Source of the DNA: a virus
Lineage: Duplodnaviria > Caudoviricetes
DNA length: 45,150 nt
Reading direction: 5' to 3' (one strand)
IMG/VR virus record: IMGVR_UViG_3300048890_000033
Span: 1 to 45,150 of that record
Each line of letters opens with the position of its first letter. The first letter of the stretch is position 1. The notes beneath the pieces are model-generated. The model saw only the letters and a program-made list of their open reading frames with translations. It did no database searches and had not been told where the DNA came from. The translations under genes were made by a program, and so were the position numbers. Below, one piece after another: positions 35,429 to 44,908 of the stretch.

Positions 35429-37376
35429 TCTGGCCTCCTTCATGGGCGGCCTCGGCCATTACGCCGCGCGCCAGTTGATCGGATTCTTCGGCTAGGTCGG
35501 CCGCAAACTGGGCCATGGCCGCATCGCTGTTCATCGCACCCAACTGAGCCGCCTTCAGGGCCGTATCGACCAGTGACGAGGCCGTGGCGGCGTCCTTGGC
35601 CCTGATCTCGGCCTTGGTGGCGTCGCGCTCGTTGGATTGCTTCTTCAATTCCAGCAGAAGCTGTGGGTCCGGCGGTGCTTCCGGCACCTCCATGACCGTC
35701 TTGATGTCCTGGATATTGCCAGCCTCAAGACGGCGGCGGGTCAATTCCCTCTGGTTGACATCGGGGTTGCCGACGAACGTCACCAGATAGTCAGCGCGCG
35801 CCATTTTCTGGAGGTCGGAGGCAAGGGCCGGGTCAGATACCGGGACGATGTCCAGATCCTCCACCAGATAATCCGCCCTGCCAACCTTGGCCGGCGCATC
35901 ATTGAGCGCGAAATATTCCTCTTCCGGCAGATGCTCGCCATTGAGGCGGAACAATATCTGCAATTCCTTGCGGAAGGCCCGGTGGATGCGCTTGAAGATG
36001 CCAGTGAAGGTCTTCATGCCCTGCTCGACCTGGGCCATGGTCGTGGTGGCCGTCTGAGCCGTGGCTGGGCCGCCGGTCATGATGTCCTGAACGGAGGTGA
36101 TGTCCTTGGCCGCCTCGATCAACAGGCCGAGCAATTGGAACATCGCCGCAGATGGGCCTGGCAACTCAAGTGGCAGGATATTATCGCGCAACGTACCGCC
36201 GCCGACATCGACCCGCTTCCACTCACCCAATTTGAAGCGCATGTTACCGGACTTGATGTTGACCCCGGCACCGAGAAAGCCGCCTTGCGCGTTCTGCAGG
36301 CTTGCCGCGTCAATCATCTGGTTGATGATGGTGTCGATCGAGGCCGAGATATCGCCCAGCAGCAACCCGAAGCCGATGTCGTAGAATGACCCATCGGGGG
36401 CTGGAATGAACGGGTATTTGGTGAAATACTCGGCCCGTTTGATCGAAACTATCTTGCCGGTCCTGGCGTCGGTCGTGACATCCTTCTCGGAGAAACATGG
36501 GGCGATGCGAGCAACCTGCCCATCCTTGTTACAGGTGACGACATAAGGCTCTGGATAGCCATCACCGTCCAGATCTATGCGCCTGTGCTGCTCATAGAAC
36601 ACCACCAGCGCGTCTTCATCATCTGACTGTGACTTGTCGTCCTGCGACACCTCGACATTGATCGGGCGCCATTGTTCAGAGGCGACCAGTTCATGCACCT
36701 CATAGGGGTAGTAGCGCAGGACATGGGTGTAGCGCGGCGCTGCCTCGATCGACTTCGCCCAATAGTTGATGACGAAATCCTCGGGCGCCAGCATCATCGA
36801 GACATTGCTAGCCAACACTGCGTCATAATAGGATTTGCGAATGCCGCAGCCGACAATGGGCAGCATCAACAGCATCCGGTCGGTGTCTTCCTCCCAGCCA
36901 TCCATTTTGAACATGAGCTGCCATGTCATGTGATTGGCGACGCGGTCGGCGCGGTCACGCTTGGCGCCGGGCTGGACTTCCCATTGCGGTTGTCCGTCAG
37001 GCGCCGCCATAGGCCCCTGCGGCCCCATCAAGGGCTGGCCTTGGTCATTGCCCAGTACGCGCCCCTTAACGAGCGTGGCACCGTCCACGATGGCAGGATA
37101 GGCGCGGGCTTGGAACGCGATGCTGGCGACGGTCAGAAGCGGATATTTGACGTTGGATGCGCCGGGCCACGGATCATTCTTCGGCGCATGCACCTGCATC
37201 GCGGCCTTCATGGCCTTTTCGTTGCGCTTGTCCCAACCTTCCTTGACGCGCGACGACAGGTCGATCTCGAAATCCCGAACGACATCGGCACCGATGCGGT
37301 TGAGCGTTACATCGTCCAGTTCATCGGCGATGTTGTCCATGTTGAGCAGTTCGGCGAGGCGAGCGGCTGGTTTCAT
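35241..37376 (-). CDS. Portal protein
   Basis: 'PWPGASNVKYPLLT', 'FQARAYP', 'YDIG.G', 'N..IDA..L.N..GG'; follows terL. Confidence 0.9.
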   Translation of the reverse strand: MKPAARLAELLNMDNIADELDDVTLNRIGADVVRDFEIDLSSRVKEGWDKRNEKAMKAAMQVHAPKNDPWPGASNVKYPLLTVASIAFQARAYPAIVDGATLVKGRVLGNDQGQPLMGPQGPMAAPDGQPQWEVQPGAKRDRADRVANHMTWQLMFKMDGWEEDTDRMLLMLPIVGCGIRKSYYDAVLASNVSMMLAPEDFVINYWAKSIEAAPRYTHVLRYYPYEVHELVASEQWRPINVEVSQDDKSQSDDEDALVVFYEQHRRIDLDGDGYPEPYVVTCNKDGQVARIAPCFSEKDVTTDARTGKIVSIKRAEYFTKYPFIPAPDGSFYDIGFGLLLGDISASIDTIINQMIDAASLQNAQGGFLGAGVNIKSGNMRFKLGEWKRVDVGGGTLRDNILPLELPGPSAAMFQLLGLLIEAAKDITSVQDIMTGGPATAQTATTTMAQVEQGMKTFTGIFKRIHRAFRKELQILFRLNGEHLPEEEYFALNDAPAKVGRADYLVEDLDIVPVSDPALASDLQKMARADYLVTFVGNPDVNQRELTRRRLEAGNIQDIKTVMEVPEAPPDPQLLLELKKQSNERDATKAEIRAKDAATASSLVDTALKAAQLGAMNSDAAMAQFAADLAEESDQLARGVMAEAAHEGGQSEHPDGQGAIPAMGGASGDTGLPGIPDKTGGGFEPGMGDGGIAGPGASGFSGADEPTPEPVV

Positions 37377-37379
37377 GTT

Positions 37380-38696
37380 CTAATATCCAGTCGTTTCGTT
37401 GCGGGTGTCTTCGCGCCATGCGTCTTCGTCATCATCGAACGCTGGCGGGAATAAAACTTCCTTAGCAACGGCCACGAGGCCGAAGGCGTCGGCCCCATGG
37501 CTCGACCAGTCATGTTGGGGACCAAGGCCAATGCCCCGGTCAGCGTCACGCTTCTCATGATACCAACCGATCGCCTCGATGCCGCCAGCGCAGCGCTGCT
37601 CATCAAAGTACATTTGCGGAAACAGGCGCCGCGCTGCACTCACGCGGAGCATGGCAGCGCCCGCACCTTGATTTGGAATCACGCGAACATTGAATTCAGC
37701 TGCTCGCAACGCGCCCTGATAGGTCGTGGCGAATACCTTCTCATGGCTCGCCCCATCATGCGGTAGGATGCAATAGGCCCGCTCATAGCCATTGGTTCGC
37801 AGCCAATTGACGTGCGTTGCAAGCGGCTGGCCTACCGCCTCATAATAATCGAGTAGCCGAATTTCATGCCCGATGAATTGGACGATCCATATCGCGGTCG
37901 CGTCGGCCTTTGCGCCAGTCCCGCCAATGTCCCAAATGGCGTAGATCGTCATCAACGGGTCAGGTGATATCCGACCCATCCGGCCGTCGTCGCGGGCTTT
38001 GGTCAATTGCCGGGCATAATAGGCGCCCTCTGCGACCGTGATGTAATCCCCTTCCCAAATATGCTCATATTGGTCGGGTCGCTCTTCTCTGTCCTTCAGA
38101 CGGGCGCGGTTCAGGATGTCGGGGAACCATGGGTTGTCGCGCCAGTTCATCTCAACGATTTTTGTTCGTGGATCGGCGCTGTCTCGGAATCGCTTGTTGG
38201 TGGAACTGGCCTTGCGCTCAGGGTTCCACGTTATCCAAAGCTCACTGTCTTCCTCGCGCAGGGTCGGGATGAGCTTAGTCCATGCCTCATCGGTGACAGG
38301 CTCGGCCTCATCGATCCACGCCAGCTTGATACGGGCCTTCGACTTGATGCTGTTGATGTTGCGGTCGAGCCCGACAAACGAATAGGAAATGCGCCCATCG
38401 GCTGTGCGGATATATTTCTCGCCAATATCGAAGTGAGGCGCGAGCCACGGCTCAGACTGTATGCCGGCCTTGATCTCTTCCAGAGAACTATCAGCCAGCG
38501 AGTTCATGAACTGGCGACCGCACAGGATGATCCCCTCAACTCCTGACTGCGCCCACATCAGCGCACGAACAGCGGTCATCTTGGCAAAGGTGCGAGTCTT
38601 GGCTGACCCACGGCCACCCCAAGCCCCACGTACATCTGCTTCCCCGAGGAAAACGGGTACAAGCCTGTCGGGGATCTGGATTTGAACGGTCGTCAT
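37380..38696 (-). CDS. terL: Terminase large subunit
   Basis: Walker A 'GGRGSAKT', Walker B 'WIDEAE', 'WNP', nuclease 'WDIG', 'SHGADAF'. Confidence 0.95.
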   Translation of the reverse strand: MTTVQIQIPDRLVPVFLGEADVRGAWGGRGSAKTRTFAKMTAVRALMWAQSGVEGIILCGRQFMNSLADSSLEEIKAGIQSEPWLAPHFDIGEKYIRTADGRISYSFVGLDRNINSIKSKARIKLAWIDEAEPVTDEAWTKLIPTLREEDSELWITWNPERKASSTNKRFRDSADPRTKIVEMNWRDNPWFPDILNRARLKDREERPDQYEHIWEGDYITVAEGAYYARQLTKARDDGRMGRISPDPLMTIYAIWDIGGTGAKADATAIWIVQFIGHEIRLLDYYEAVGQPLATHVNWLRTNGYERAYCILPHDGASHEKVFATTYQGALRAAEFNVRVIPNQGAGAAMLRVSAARRLFPQMYFDEQRCAGGIEAIGWYHEKRDADRGIGLGPQHDWSSHGADAFGLVAVAKEVLFPPAFDDDEDAWREDTRNETTGY

Positions 38697-39004
38697 TTTG
38701 GCGCGACGCCAATCAGTTCGATGCGACCGATTTGGATCGGGCCGCCATTTTCACCCGTTACCTGCAGCGGAAGAACCTTACCGAGCAGAGGGAGGAATGA
38801 TTGCGGGTTCGCAGACGCCTGCGCGGTCAAATAACCGACCAACCCTTCATCGCCACCCGCCTTCTCAGCAGCTTGGAGAATAGCGTCCTTAAGGAGTGAT
38901 GTGGCTTTGTTGGGGACGCCTTTTGGCCGTCCTGGTCCGGGCTTACCCGCGAACAGTTTCTTGTCCGTTTTTTTTACGGCGGTGGATGATGCCTGCCCAC
39001 TCAT
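38693..39004 (-). CDS. terS: Terminase small subunit
   Basis: 'GRPKGVPNK.T..LKDAI..A', 'LLGKVLP.QVTG'; coupled to terL. Confidence 0.75.
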   Translation of the reverse strand: MSGQASSTAVKKTDKKLFAGKPGPGRPKGVPNKATSLLKDAILQAAEKAGGDEGLVGYLTAQASANPQSFLPLLGKVLPLQVTGENGGPIQIGRIELIGVAPK

Positions 39005-39052
39005 GGGCTCAGCTAGATAAACCCTTTTTTATACCTTGGGCACGGGGTAAAA

Positions 39053-39271
39053 TTAAGCCTTTAAGAATTTAACGAAGGTCGCATTCGCAGAATCTGAGAG
39101 GTCTTTCCATTCGTCTATTATAGCTTTGTTGTTCTCATATGTTTTCTTGGCCAGTCGAGGCCTATCGGCAGACCTAAAAATGTAGATTGCCGTCCCCATA
39201 TTGATATCAAACGCAAAAGGATCAGGTGCCGTCTGTCCGTACGTGACCGTGATGGTGTAGGGCTTAGTCAT
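39053..39271 (-). CDS. AT-rich hypothetical protein
   Basis: GGAGG SD; visibly lower GC. Confidence 0.55.
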   Translation of the reverse strand: MTKPYTITVTYGQTAPDPFAFDINMGTAIYIFRSADRPRLAKKTYENNKAIIDEWKDLSDSANATFVKFLKA

Positions 39272-39599
39272 CGAGAATCCTCCCCTCTTGCCGCGCCCAC
39301 GACTGGACAAACACTGTCTCGGCCCAATCCTCGACACAATCATAATGCCGGCACGTCTCTGTTTCCTCTATCAGCACATCCACCGATCTAGGCTGCTGAA
39401 TAGACCAGCCGTCCCTGTTGTAATCGTACACCATGCGGATGCCGTCGCTGGCCCTAACGCTCTCCTGATTGATCTCAACCGTGTTGACCTTGGTATCATC
39501 AAGATTTGGGTATGTGAGATTTATTGAAAGCGTGCGCTCAACGCGGTTGATGTCGTAATTGCAACCAGCGTAATCGCTCTTTGTGATAACTACCCGCAT
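39264..39599 (-). CDS. Hypothetical protein
   Basis: 'VRASDGIR..YDY.RDGW.I.Q'. Confidence 0.65.
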   Translation of the reverse strand: MRVVITKSDYAGCNYDINRVERTLSINLTYPNLDDTKVNTVEINQESVRASDGIRMVYDYNRDGWSIQQPRSVDVLIEETETCRHYDCVEDWAETVFVQSWARQEGRILDD

Positions 39600-39784
39600 C
39601 ACGCGCCCATCCTCTGCAAGTCCCGCATGATCCTACGCGCATCGCGGTAGTCGTACAACCCGCATCGCCGGGCAAGGCTGGCCAGCGTCACCCGCTCCCC
39701 GTGGGCAACAGCGTCGGCTATCTCGGTGAGCACCTGACGGCGTCTGGTGGTCATCTGGTTGGGTTTTCTGCCTCTAGCCATCAT
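39599..39784 (-). CDS. Small HTH protein (candidate late regulator)
   Basis: 'T.RRRQVL...TLASLARRCGL...ARRI..DL'. Confidence 0.65.
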   Translation of the reverse strand: MMARGRKPNQMTTRRRQVLTEIADAVAHGERVTLASLARRCGLYDYRDARRIMRDLQRMGA

Positions 39785-40008
39785 GCATCCCCCTGTGTTG
39801 CGCGTTCTAAATATGGGCGGACATCTTCCCGCACCTGTTCGAGCGCCCTTGTTTGCAACTCAGCGTCAGCGCGGCGCAGGTCTTCCGCATCTCGCCTAGC
39901 TTGGCGCATGTAGCGGTCGGTGCGGCGCATGCCGGGGATTCCCATCGTTGCAATGACCAAGCCAATGACTGACGCCACGACCACTGCCGTGATCTCAATT
40001 CCCATCAT
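39781..40008 (-). CDS. Small membrane protein
   Basis: N-terminal TM; coupling. Confidence 0.55.
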   Translation of the reverse strand: MMGIEITAVVVASVIGLVIATMGIPGMRRTDRYMRQARRDAEDLRRADAELQTRALEQVREDVRPYLERATQGDA

Positions 40009-40334
40009 GTGATGCGCCCCTCTGCGATGAGCCAGCGGGTGTAATGTTCGCATTTCCCATCGTCTTCGGGTGTTAGGCCATGAGCGACGTGCGCCTTGAG
40101 ATATTCCTCCACCAGCGCCTTGGCTGGGTCGGGCTTGGGGAGGAGAGATTGCAGCGCGGCGCACGCCAATGTCAGCGCCACGATAAACCCCTGCTGGTAA
40201 TTCACATCCTCCCCGCAACTGGGTGGCCCCGGAAGCGCATCAATGCACATCTGCACGGTCCGCTCGCATGGCTTGAAGTCATCCATCGTCTTTGCTCCCT
40301 GGTAAATCCGTGAGGCGGTGGCAAAGTCGGTCAT
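40005..40334 (-). CDS. Hypothetical protein
   Basis: Coupled ORF. Confidence 0.55.
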   Translation of the reverse strand: MTDFATASRIYQGAKTMDDFKPCERTVQMCIDALPGPPSCGEDVNYQQGFIVALTLACAALQSLLPKPDPAKALVEEYLKAHVAHGLTPEDDGKCEHYTRWLIAEGRIT

Positions 40335-40489
40335 GGCTGGCCTATTTTCTTGATCTGGTCAGACAATTGCGACCCGACAAAGAAGATCGTCGCCATTATG
40401 AGAAACGTCTCAATCGTGCTGTGACCCCATTTTAAAACCATGCCAGCGACAGCCAGTGCTGCATAAAACATCACCCACAGTTTCATCAT
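40331..40489 (-). CDS. Small two-TM protein (52 aa)
   Basis: MMKLWVMFYAALAVAGMVL...; ATGA coupling. Confidence 0.5.
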   Translation of the reverse strand: MMKLWVMFYAALAVAGMVLKWGHSTIETFLIMATIFFVGSQLSDQIKKIGQP

Positions 40490-40656
40490 GCTTCCCCCCT
40501 GTAATGGAATGGCTTGGGTTGAGTGGTCCGTTCCCCGCCGTCAAACTCGCCCATCGTGTTCCGCGCGCAGTTCCAGCAGCGCACCGGCAGCGTCTCGTCC
40601 GTGCGGGGTTGCTGGGCGCCGCATAAACACGCTACCCAAGGTGTTCGCTTGGTCAT
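40486..40656 (-). CDS. Small Zn-ribbon protein
   Basis: CxC...CxxC; coupling. Confidence 0.55.
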   Translation of the reverse strand: MTKRTPWVACLCGAQQPRTDETLPVRCWNCARNTMGEFDGGERTTQPKPFHYRGEA

Positions 40657-42074
40657 GCCGTGATGTCCCGAACCCGGTTGACGCGATGATCGAACTTCAC
40701 GGTCGCCACGCCGCACTTGCCGGGTAGCCCCATGCGAACCTTGACGATGGCCAGTTCCGCCTCGTTTTGGGTCTTGTCCTTGCGATGATAGACCAGCCCG
40801 TAATCCGCCTTGTTCGACCAGTTCGCGCTATCCGAAACGTCATAGAGGCTGGGGATTTGGTTCGTGCCCTTCTGCGGCTTGGTCGGATGGGCGATGATCC
40901 AGAATGCGACATTGTGCCGCTTGGCGAACGCCTTCACGCGCCGGATCGCGCGGCCGACATATTCGGTCATCGTCTCATCCCTGCCGCGCTTGTGTTCCAG
41001 CTCATTCCACGGATCGAGAATGACCAACTTCGCGCCGTCCCGAATGACTGACACGCGAGCCGTCTCGAGGAATGTATCAATGTCCATCTCTAGGTTTTCG
41101 TCGAGAGAATTGGATATGACCTTGAGGTGCTGCTCAATGGAGCGATACGCCTGCGAGCGCTGCGGGTGATTGTAGAACTCGTTGCTCGAGCAGCCGATAA
41201 GCGCCTTCGCTACCCCGTCTCTCAGGATCGGCTTAGGCGCCGTCTCGAAACTGGCGACACAACACGTCAGGTCTCGAGCAACACAGTTCGCGATGATGGT
41301 GTTGAGGACGGTCGACTTGCCCATATTCGCGTAGCCGGTGAACACCGTGAGCGTGCCGGGTACAATCTCAATCATCTCGTTGATGCAGTCGATCCCGGTC
41401 GGGATGCCATGAACGACTGGCGTGTCGGGGAAGTCCTCGAGGTTGTAGAGACCTACAACAGGGAAAGGCCGGGAACGGGCAACCACCTCGTTGACGCCGC
41501 GCAGGCCGTGAGCAAGGAATACCTCGTTCAGATCCTTGCAGCCATCGGGATAGGTGACGAACCTGCACCGCTCCACACCTAGGATGGATGCCAGATCATG
41601 GGCAATTTTCAGCCCGACGTCATCGTTATCGGTCGCCAGGATGAAACTCTTGACGCGCTCGAGGTCGGACTTGCTCTCCCACAGATAGGCGTAGGCATTG
41701 CCGGCGAATGGGTCGTCTACCTTGCCGCTCGATCCACCGTTGGGGACCGATACCGTCGCGGCGTTGCCACACTGGATGGCAATCATTGCATCAAACTCGC
41801 CCTCAGTGATTATGACCGATCCGCCGTGGTCCGCCACTTGGGGCAAGCGCAACGCCTCGGCATTCCACAGGCAGAGGCGACCCCCCTTGTCCATCCGGTG
41901 TTGTTTTTCGGAAGTCAGCCGATATTTCCGATTCACTAGAACGCCGTCCAAGCGATACGGGAAGCACAGCCAGTTTCCGGCATGGTCCGCCACTGTCGAG
42001 ACCTCGAGCCCCTCCGCGATAGTGGATTGGATGCCGCGTTGCTCGAGCCATTTCTTGTGCCGGTCGTGAAGCAT
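40653..42074 (-). CDS. TOPRIM primase plus SF4 helicase (T7 gp4/Twinkle-like) lacking an in-frame Zn-binding domain
   Basis: 'ITEGEFDA', 'SVPNG', 'ATDND', 'KDLNE', Walker A 'GYANMGKS', 'ILDPW', 'AHP.K'. Confidence 0.9.
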   Translation of the reverse strand: MLHDRHKKWLEQRGIQSTIAEGLEVSTVADHAGNWLCFPYRLDGVLVNRKYRLTSEKQHRMDKGGRLCLWNAEALRLPQVADHGGSVIITEGEFDAMIAIQCGNAATVSVPNGGSSGKVDDPFAGNAYAYLWESKSDLERVKSFILATDNDDVGLKIAHDLASILGVERCRFVTYPDGCKDLNEVFLAHGLRGVNEVVARSRPFPVVGLYNLEDFPDTPVVHGIPTGIDCINEMIEIVPGTLTVFTGYANMGKSTVLNTIIANCVARDLTCCVASFETAPKPILRDGVAKALIGCSSNEFYNHPQRSQAYRSIEQHLKVISNSLDENLEMDIDTFLETARVSVIRDGAKLVILDPWNELEHKRGRDETMTEYVGRAIRRVKAFAKRHNVAFWIIAHPTKPQKGTNQIPSLYDVSDSANWSNKADYGLVYHRKDKTQNEAELAIVKVRMGLPGKCGVATVKFDHRVNRVRDITA

Positions 42075-42228
42075 TCGTTCCTCCTGAAAATCCGCAATTA
42101 TGACAAAACCAGACAAGACCGCCGTCGGCCTGAGACACGCTCAAGCATGGCTCTTTCTTGTTTTTCCGAGTGTGTGAGCAGGTCGGACAAAGTTGCTTGC
42201 CGACCTTTTTGGGTCGCCAGTCGTTCAT
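41803..42228 (-). CDS. Stand-alone primase Zn-binding-domain ORF
   Basis: 'CPTCSHTRKNKKEPCLSV......WFCHNCGFSG'; ATGA-coupled to the DUF1376 gene. Confidence 0.7.
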   Translation of the reverse strand: MNDWRPKKVGKQLCPTCSHTRKNKKEPCLSVSQADGGLVWFCHNCGFSGGTNASRPAQEMARATRHPIHYRGGARGLDSGGPCRKLAVLPVSLGRRSSESEISADFRKTTPDGQGGSPLPVECRGVALAPSGGPRRIGHNH

Positions 42229-42911
42229 AGCGGCACCCTTGGCTGATGGCCGACGATGACAGCGCGGCGGCTGTTGCGGACCCAGTTCCTCCATGTGCCA
42301 GCCCAATCGAGCTTAACCGCGTCCTTGCCCGCCTTGGCGTGCCAATAGTCTATGAACCCTGCGCCCTCATCCCGCGCATCTGCGGCGGACCAATGCCGTT
42401 CAGACATGGCCCATTGCAGCCAGTCATCAGGCATTTCGAAATCTGCTGAGAGCCTGGAGCCGCGCTTAGCGGCGCTAGCAATAGGTTTTCCTATTGCTCT
42501 CTTAGGTGACTGTGATTGTGGCGGGCATTCTTCAAGCATTGCTTGTGGCATGCTCGGAGCATTGCTTGTGGCATTCGCCCAGCGTGCTTGAGCAGCCGCC
42601 TTGGCCTTGCTTGAGCGACGCTCAGAATGCGTCTGAGCCGCCGCTAATTCCTGATCGATGCGCTTATGCTTCCATTCCCCGTCATCAACCTGGAACAGGC
42701 GAGCGAGTGCGGGCCGATGCTTTTTCCATGCCGAGCGATCCAGCTTCGTTATCTGTTGCAGCACAGCGTCATCATCGGGCGCTGGGCCGTTGCGCCAGTA
42801 GTCTAGGATCAGCAGGAGATATGCCCCGTGCTGCTCTGTGGTGAGGCGCTGGGTGTCACCCAGATAGTCACCGACATAGAGTGGCATCCACGCTGTGGCA
42901 GGCGCACTCAT
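42225..42911 (-). CDS. DUF1376/YdaU-family replication initiator
   Basis: 'WMPLYVGDYLGDT.RLT.EQHGAYLLL...YW', 'F.DYW...K.DW..TWRNW'. Confidence 0.85.
   Translation of the reverse strand: MSAPATAWMPLYVGDYLGDTQRLTTEQHGAYLLLILDYWRNGPAPDDDAVLQQITKLDRSAWKKHRPALARLFQVDDGEWKHKRIDQELAAAQTHSERRSSKAKAAAQARWANATSNAPSMPQAMLEECPPQSQSPKRAIGKPIASAAKRGSRLSADFEMPDDWLQWAMSERHWSAADARDEGAGFIDYWHAKAGKDAVKLDWAGTWRNWVRNSRRAVIVGHQPRVPL
42477..42574. repeat. Putative replication origin (iterons plus AT-rich palindrome) inside the initiator gene
   Basis: AGCATTGCTTGTGGCAT at 42535 and 42558; AGCAATAGG-TTTT-CCTATTGCT at 42477-42498. Confidence 0.65.
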
Positions 42912-43105
42912 TCGGAAATCCCGTACGCTTGCAGCAACAGATAGCAGTCCTCGTCCCCCAGTTCGTCAGCCATGCGGGCCTCAAGGATTGCGGTCTTGCG
43001 CTGGCCGTCGTCGGGAAGGGCGTTCAGTTCGTTCTGAAACTTCGCCATGGTCGCAGCACGGGCCATGATCTGGGGGAGTAGTTCGCCTATGCGGTGCGTG
43101 CTCAT
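42908..43105 (-). CDS. Hypothetical protein
   Basis: GGAG SD; coupling. Confidence 0.6.
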   Translation of the reverse strand: MSTHRIGELLPQIMARAATMAKFQNELNALPDDGQRKTAILEARMADELGDEDCYLLLQAYGISE

Positions 43106-43455
43106 GAGCCCGTCTCCACGGTAATCAGGCCGCCTTTGACGGGATCGGTGAACACATAGGTCGGGGCGAAATTCTGATCGTCCACGCCCATGGCATCGGC
43201 TATGCCGTCGAGGATGCTTTTGCAGGCGCCCGTCATGCCATCGCGGTCGCGGCGGCGTCTGTCGGGCGGGCTGATGGTCACGGTGAGCGGAATATGTTCC
43301 CCCACCCACACGGGACGGAGCTTGGCGCTCTTGGCCGTCCAGAATGCCATTTCGCGCTGGTCTTTCACCGGCTGGGCATATGTCCGCCAGTGATGGCTCT
43401 GCCGGAAGTTCGGCCAGACCTGTTTAGCAGGCCATGGGAGAGTGATGACACTCAT
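43102..43455 (-). CDS. RusA-like Holliday junction resolvase
   Basis: 'LPWP....PN', 'PPDRRRRD.D.....K...DGIADA.GVDD..F'. Confidence 0.8.
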   Translation of the reverse strand: MSVITLPWPAKQVWPNFRQSHHWRTYAQPVKDQREMAFWTAKSAKLRPVWVGEHIPLTVTISPPDRRRRDRDGMTGACKSILDGIADAMGVDDQNFAPTYVFTDPVKGGLITVETGS

Positions 43456-43859
43456 GCCGCCCTCTCCTCACGACCAGAGCGCTTGGCGTAATATTGGTAG
43501 AGCAGCCGGACATGGCCGATATTGCCGTCCTCGAGCTTTGCCATCGCGGCCTTATCCGAGCGGCTCTTGGCCAGATCCAGGCGCCGCTTCTTGCCCGTGA
43601 TGGCGCGAACGGTCCGGTCCAACTTCACGGCGATGGCCTTGACCCGAACGCCAGCATCGATCATCTGGCGAAGTTCGGCCTCCTCCTCTTCGGTCCAGCG
43701 GTCACAGCCGCCGCCAAAGGTCGGCTTGTCCCGCCGCGAAAGCCAGGACTGCACCGACGAGCGCGACTTGCCGAGAATCTTGCCGATATACGCGCAGGCG
43801 AACCCTTCGTGGCGGAGGCGCAGGCAGATGTCGGTTGCCTCTTGGGTCCACTCAGCCAT
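43452..43859 (-). CDS. Tandem GcrA/Myb-like HTH protein
   Basis: Two 'WT.E....L.....G.....I...L..S/T..A/SV' repeats. Confidence 0.7.
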   Translation of the reverse strand: MAEWTQEATDICLRLRHEGFACAYIGKILGKSRSSVQSWLSRRDKPTFGGGCDRWTEEEEAELRQMIDAGVRVKAIAVKLDRTVRAITGKKRRLDLAKSRSDKAAMAKLEDGNIGHVRLLYQYYAKRSGREERAA

Positions 43860-43977
43860 GCGCCATCCCCTTGAACCGTCCCCGAGCATCCCGGCGGGAC
43901 CGCTCTGCCTCAAGGCGAGCGCGATTGGCGCGGACGTGCGCGGCGAGGCGACGGCGGGCTAGGAAGCGGCGGATCAT
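43852..43977 (-). CDS. Small Arg-rich protein
   Basis: 'RDARGRF' motif; coupling. Confidence 0.5.
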   Translation of the reverse strand: MIRRFLARRRLAAHVRANRARLEAERSRRDARGRFKGMAHG

Positions 43978-44618
43978 GCTGCTGCTCCTATGAACATGTC
44001 GCCTTGCCTCTGAGCATCCTCGATGCGCTTGCAGGCGATGTCGAAGTATTTTGGCTCGCGTTCGATGCCGATGAATTGGCGGCCCATCTGGACAGCAGCG
44101 ACGCCCGTGGTGCCACTTCCGAGGAACGGGTCGACTATCGTCTCGGCGGTGGGCACGAAGCTGATGCACCATTTCATCAGCTCTACCGGCTTTTGCGTTG
44201 GATGAACCTTGTCGCGGTATGCCCCGCGCGCCAGCGGATCAAAGTCAAAGACACGCGCATTGGCGTCAAAACTGCACCACGCTTGCTCGCATTCCGCGAA
44301 GTCCCGCCCTTTGAATCCTGCGCCCTTATTCCAGATCAGAAATGCGCGGGATGGCCTGAGTGGGAAATAGTTTCCGCCCCAAATGATTGACGGAACATCG
44401 AGGGCCAGTACCGCACCAAGTTCTGGCGCGACCGTATCCCACTTCAGGTCGGCGGCACCGCTAAATTTCAGGCGTCCATATTTGCCAACGCCGCCCGACG
44501 CCCCGATCCCATACGGCGGGTCCGTCACCACCGCATCGACCTTGTCCAATGTCGGCAGGATGTCGCGACAATCGCCCAGCCAAAGTTGAGCGTTCCCGAT
44601 GATGACCGGCTCCCTCAT
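43974..44618 (-). CDS. Orphan N6A/N4C DNA methyltransferase (beta class)
   Basis: DPPY, HPTQKP, DPFLGSGTTG. Confidence 0.92.
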   Translation of the reverse strand: MREPVIIGNAQLWLGDCRDILPTLDKVDAVVTDPPYGIGASGGVGKYGRLKFSGAADLKWDTVAPELGAVLALDVPSIIWGGNYFPLRPSRAFLIWNKGAGFKGRDFAECEQAWCSFDANARVFDFDPLARGAYRDKVHPTQKPVELMKWCISFVPTAETIVDPFLGSGTTGVAAVQMGRQFIGIEREPKYFDIACKRIEDAQRQGDMFIGAAA

Positions 44619-44908
44619 GACCCCTCCAAAGCCCGCAACATTCTGCGGCCAATATTGGCCATTTTCGGCGAAGCACATGCCTTGGCGGCGTTGATCCTGG
44701 CCGTGAGCTCGCGGTTGATGGCTTCCGTGCCGTCGCGCTCGGACAGGGCGATATCGCGGGCGGCATGGGCATGGGTGAGCGCATTGCCAGTTTCAGCGCC
44801 CCTAGCACAGGCGAGGTCGCGCGCTCGGACAGCCTCATCGCGCTCAACCAGCGCCCGCTTGGTATCCGATGCCCATGACAGGCCGACCAGCCCTAGCAGC
44901 CGGCTCAT
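44615..44908 (-). CDS. Hypothetical coiled-coil protein
   Basis: ATGA coupling. Confidence 0.6.
   Translation of the reverse strand: MSRLLGLVGLSWASDTKRALVERDEAVRARDLACARGAETGNALTHAHAARDIALSERDGTEAINRELTARINAAKACASPKMANIGRRMLRALEGS

Noticed and set aside
39053-39072. TTAA repeats as a CtrA box
   Set aside because: Spacing is N4, not N7, and they lie in an AT-rich gene end
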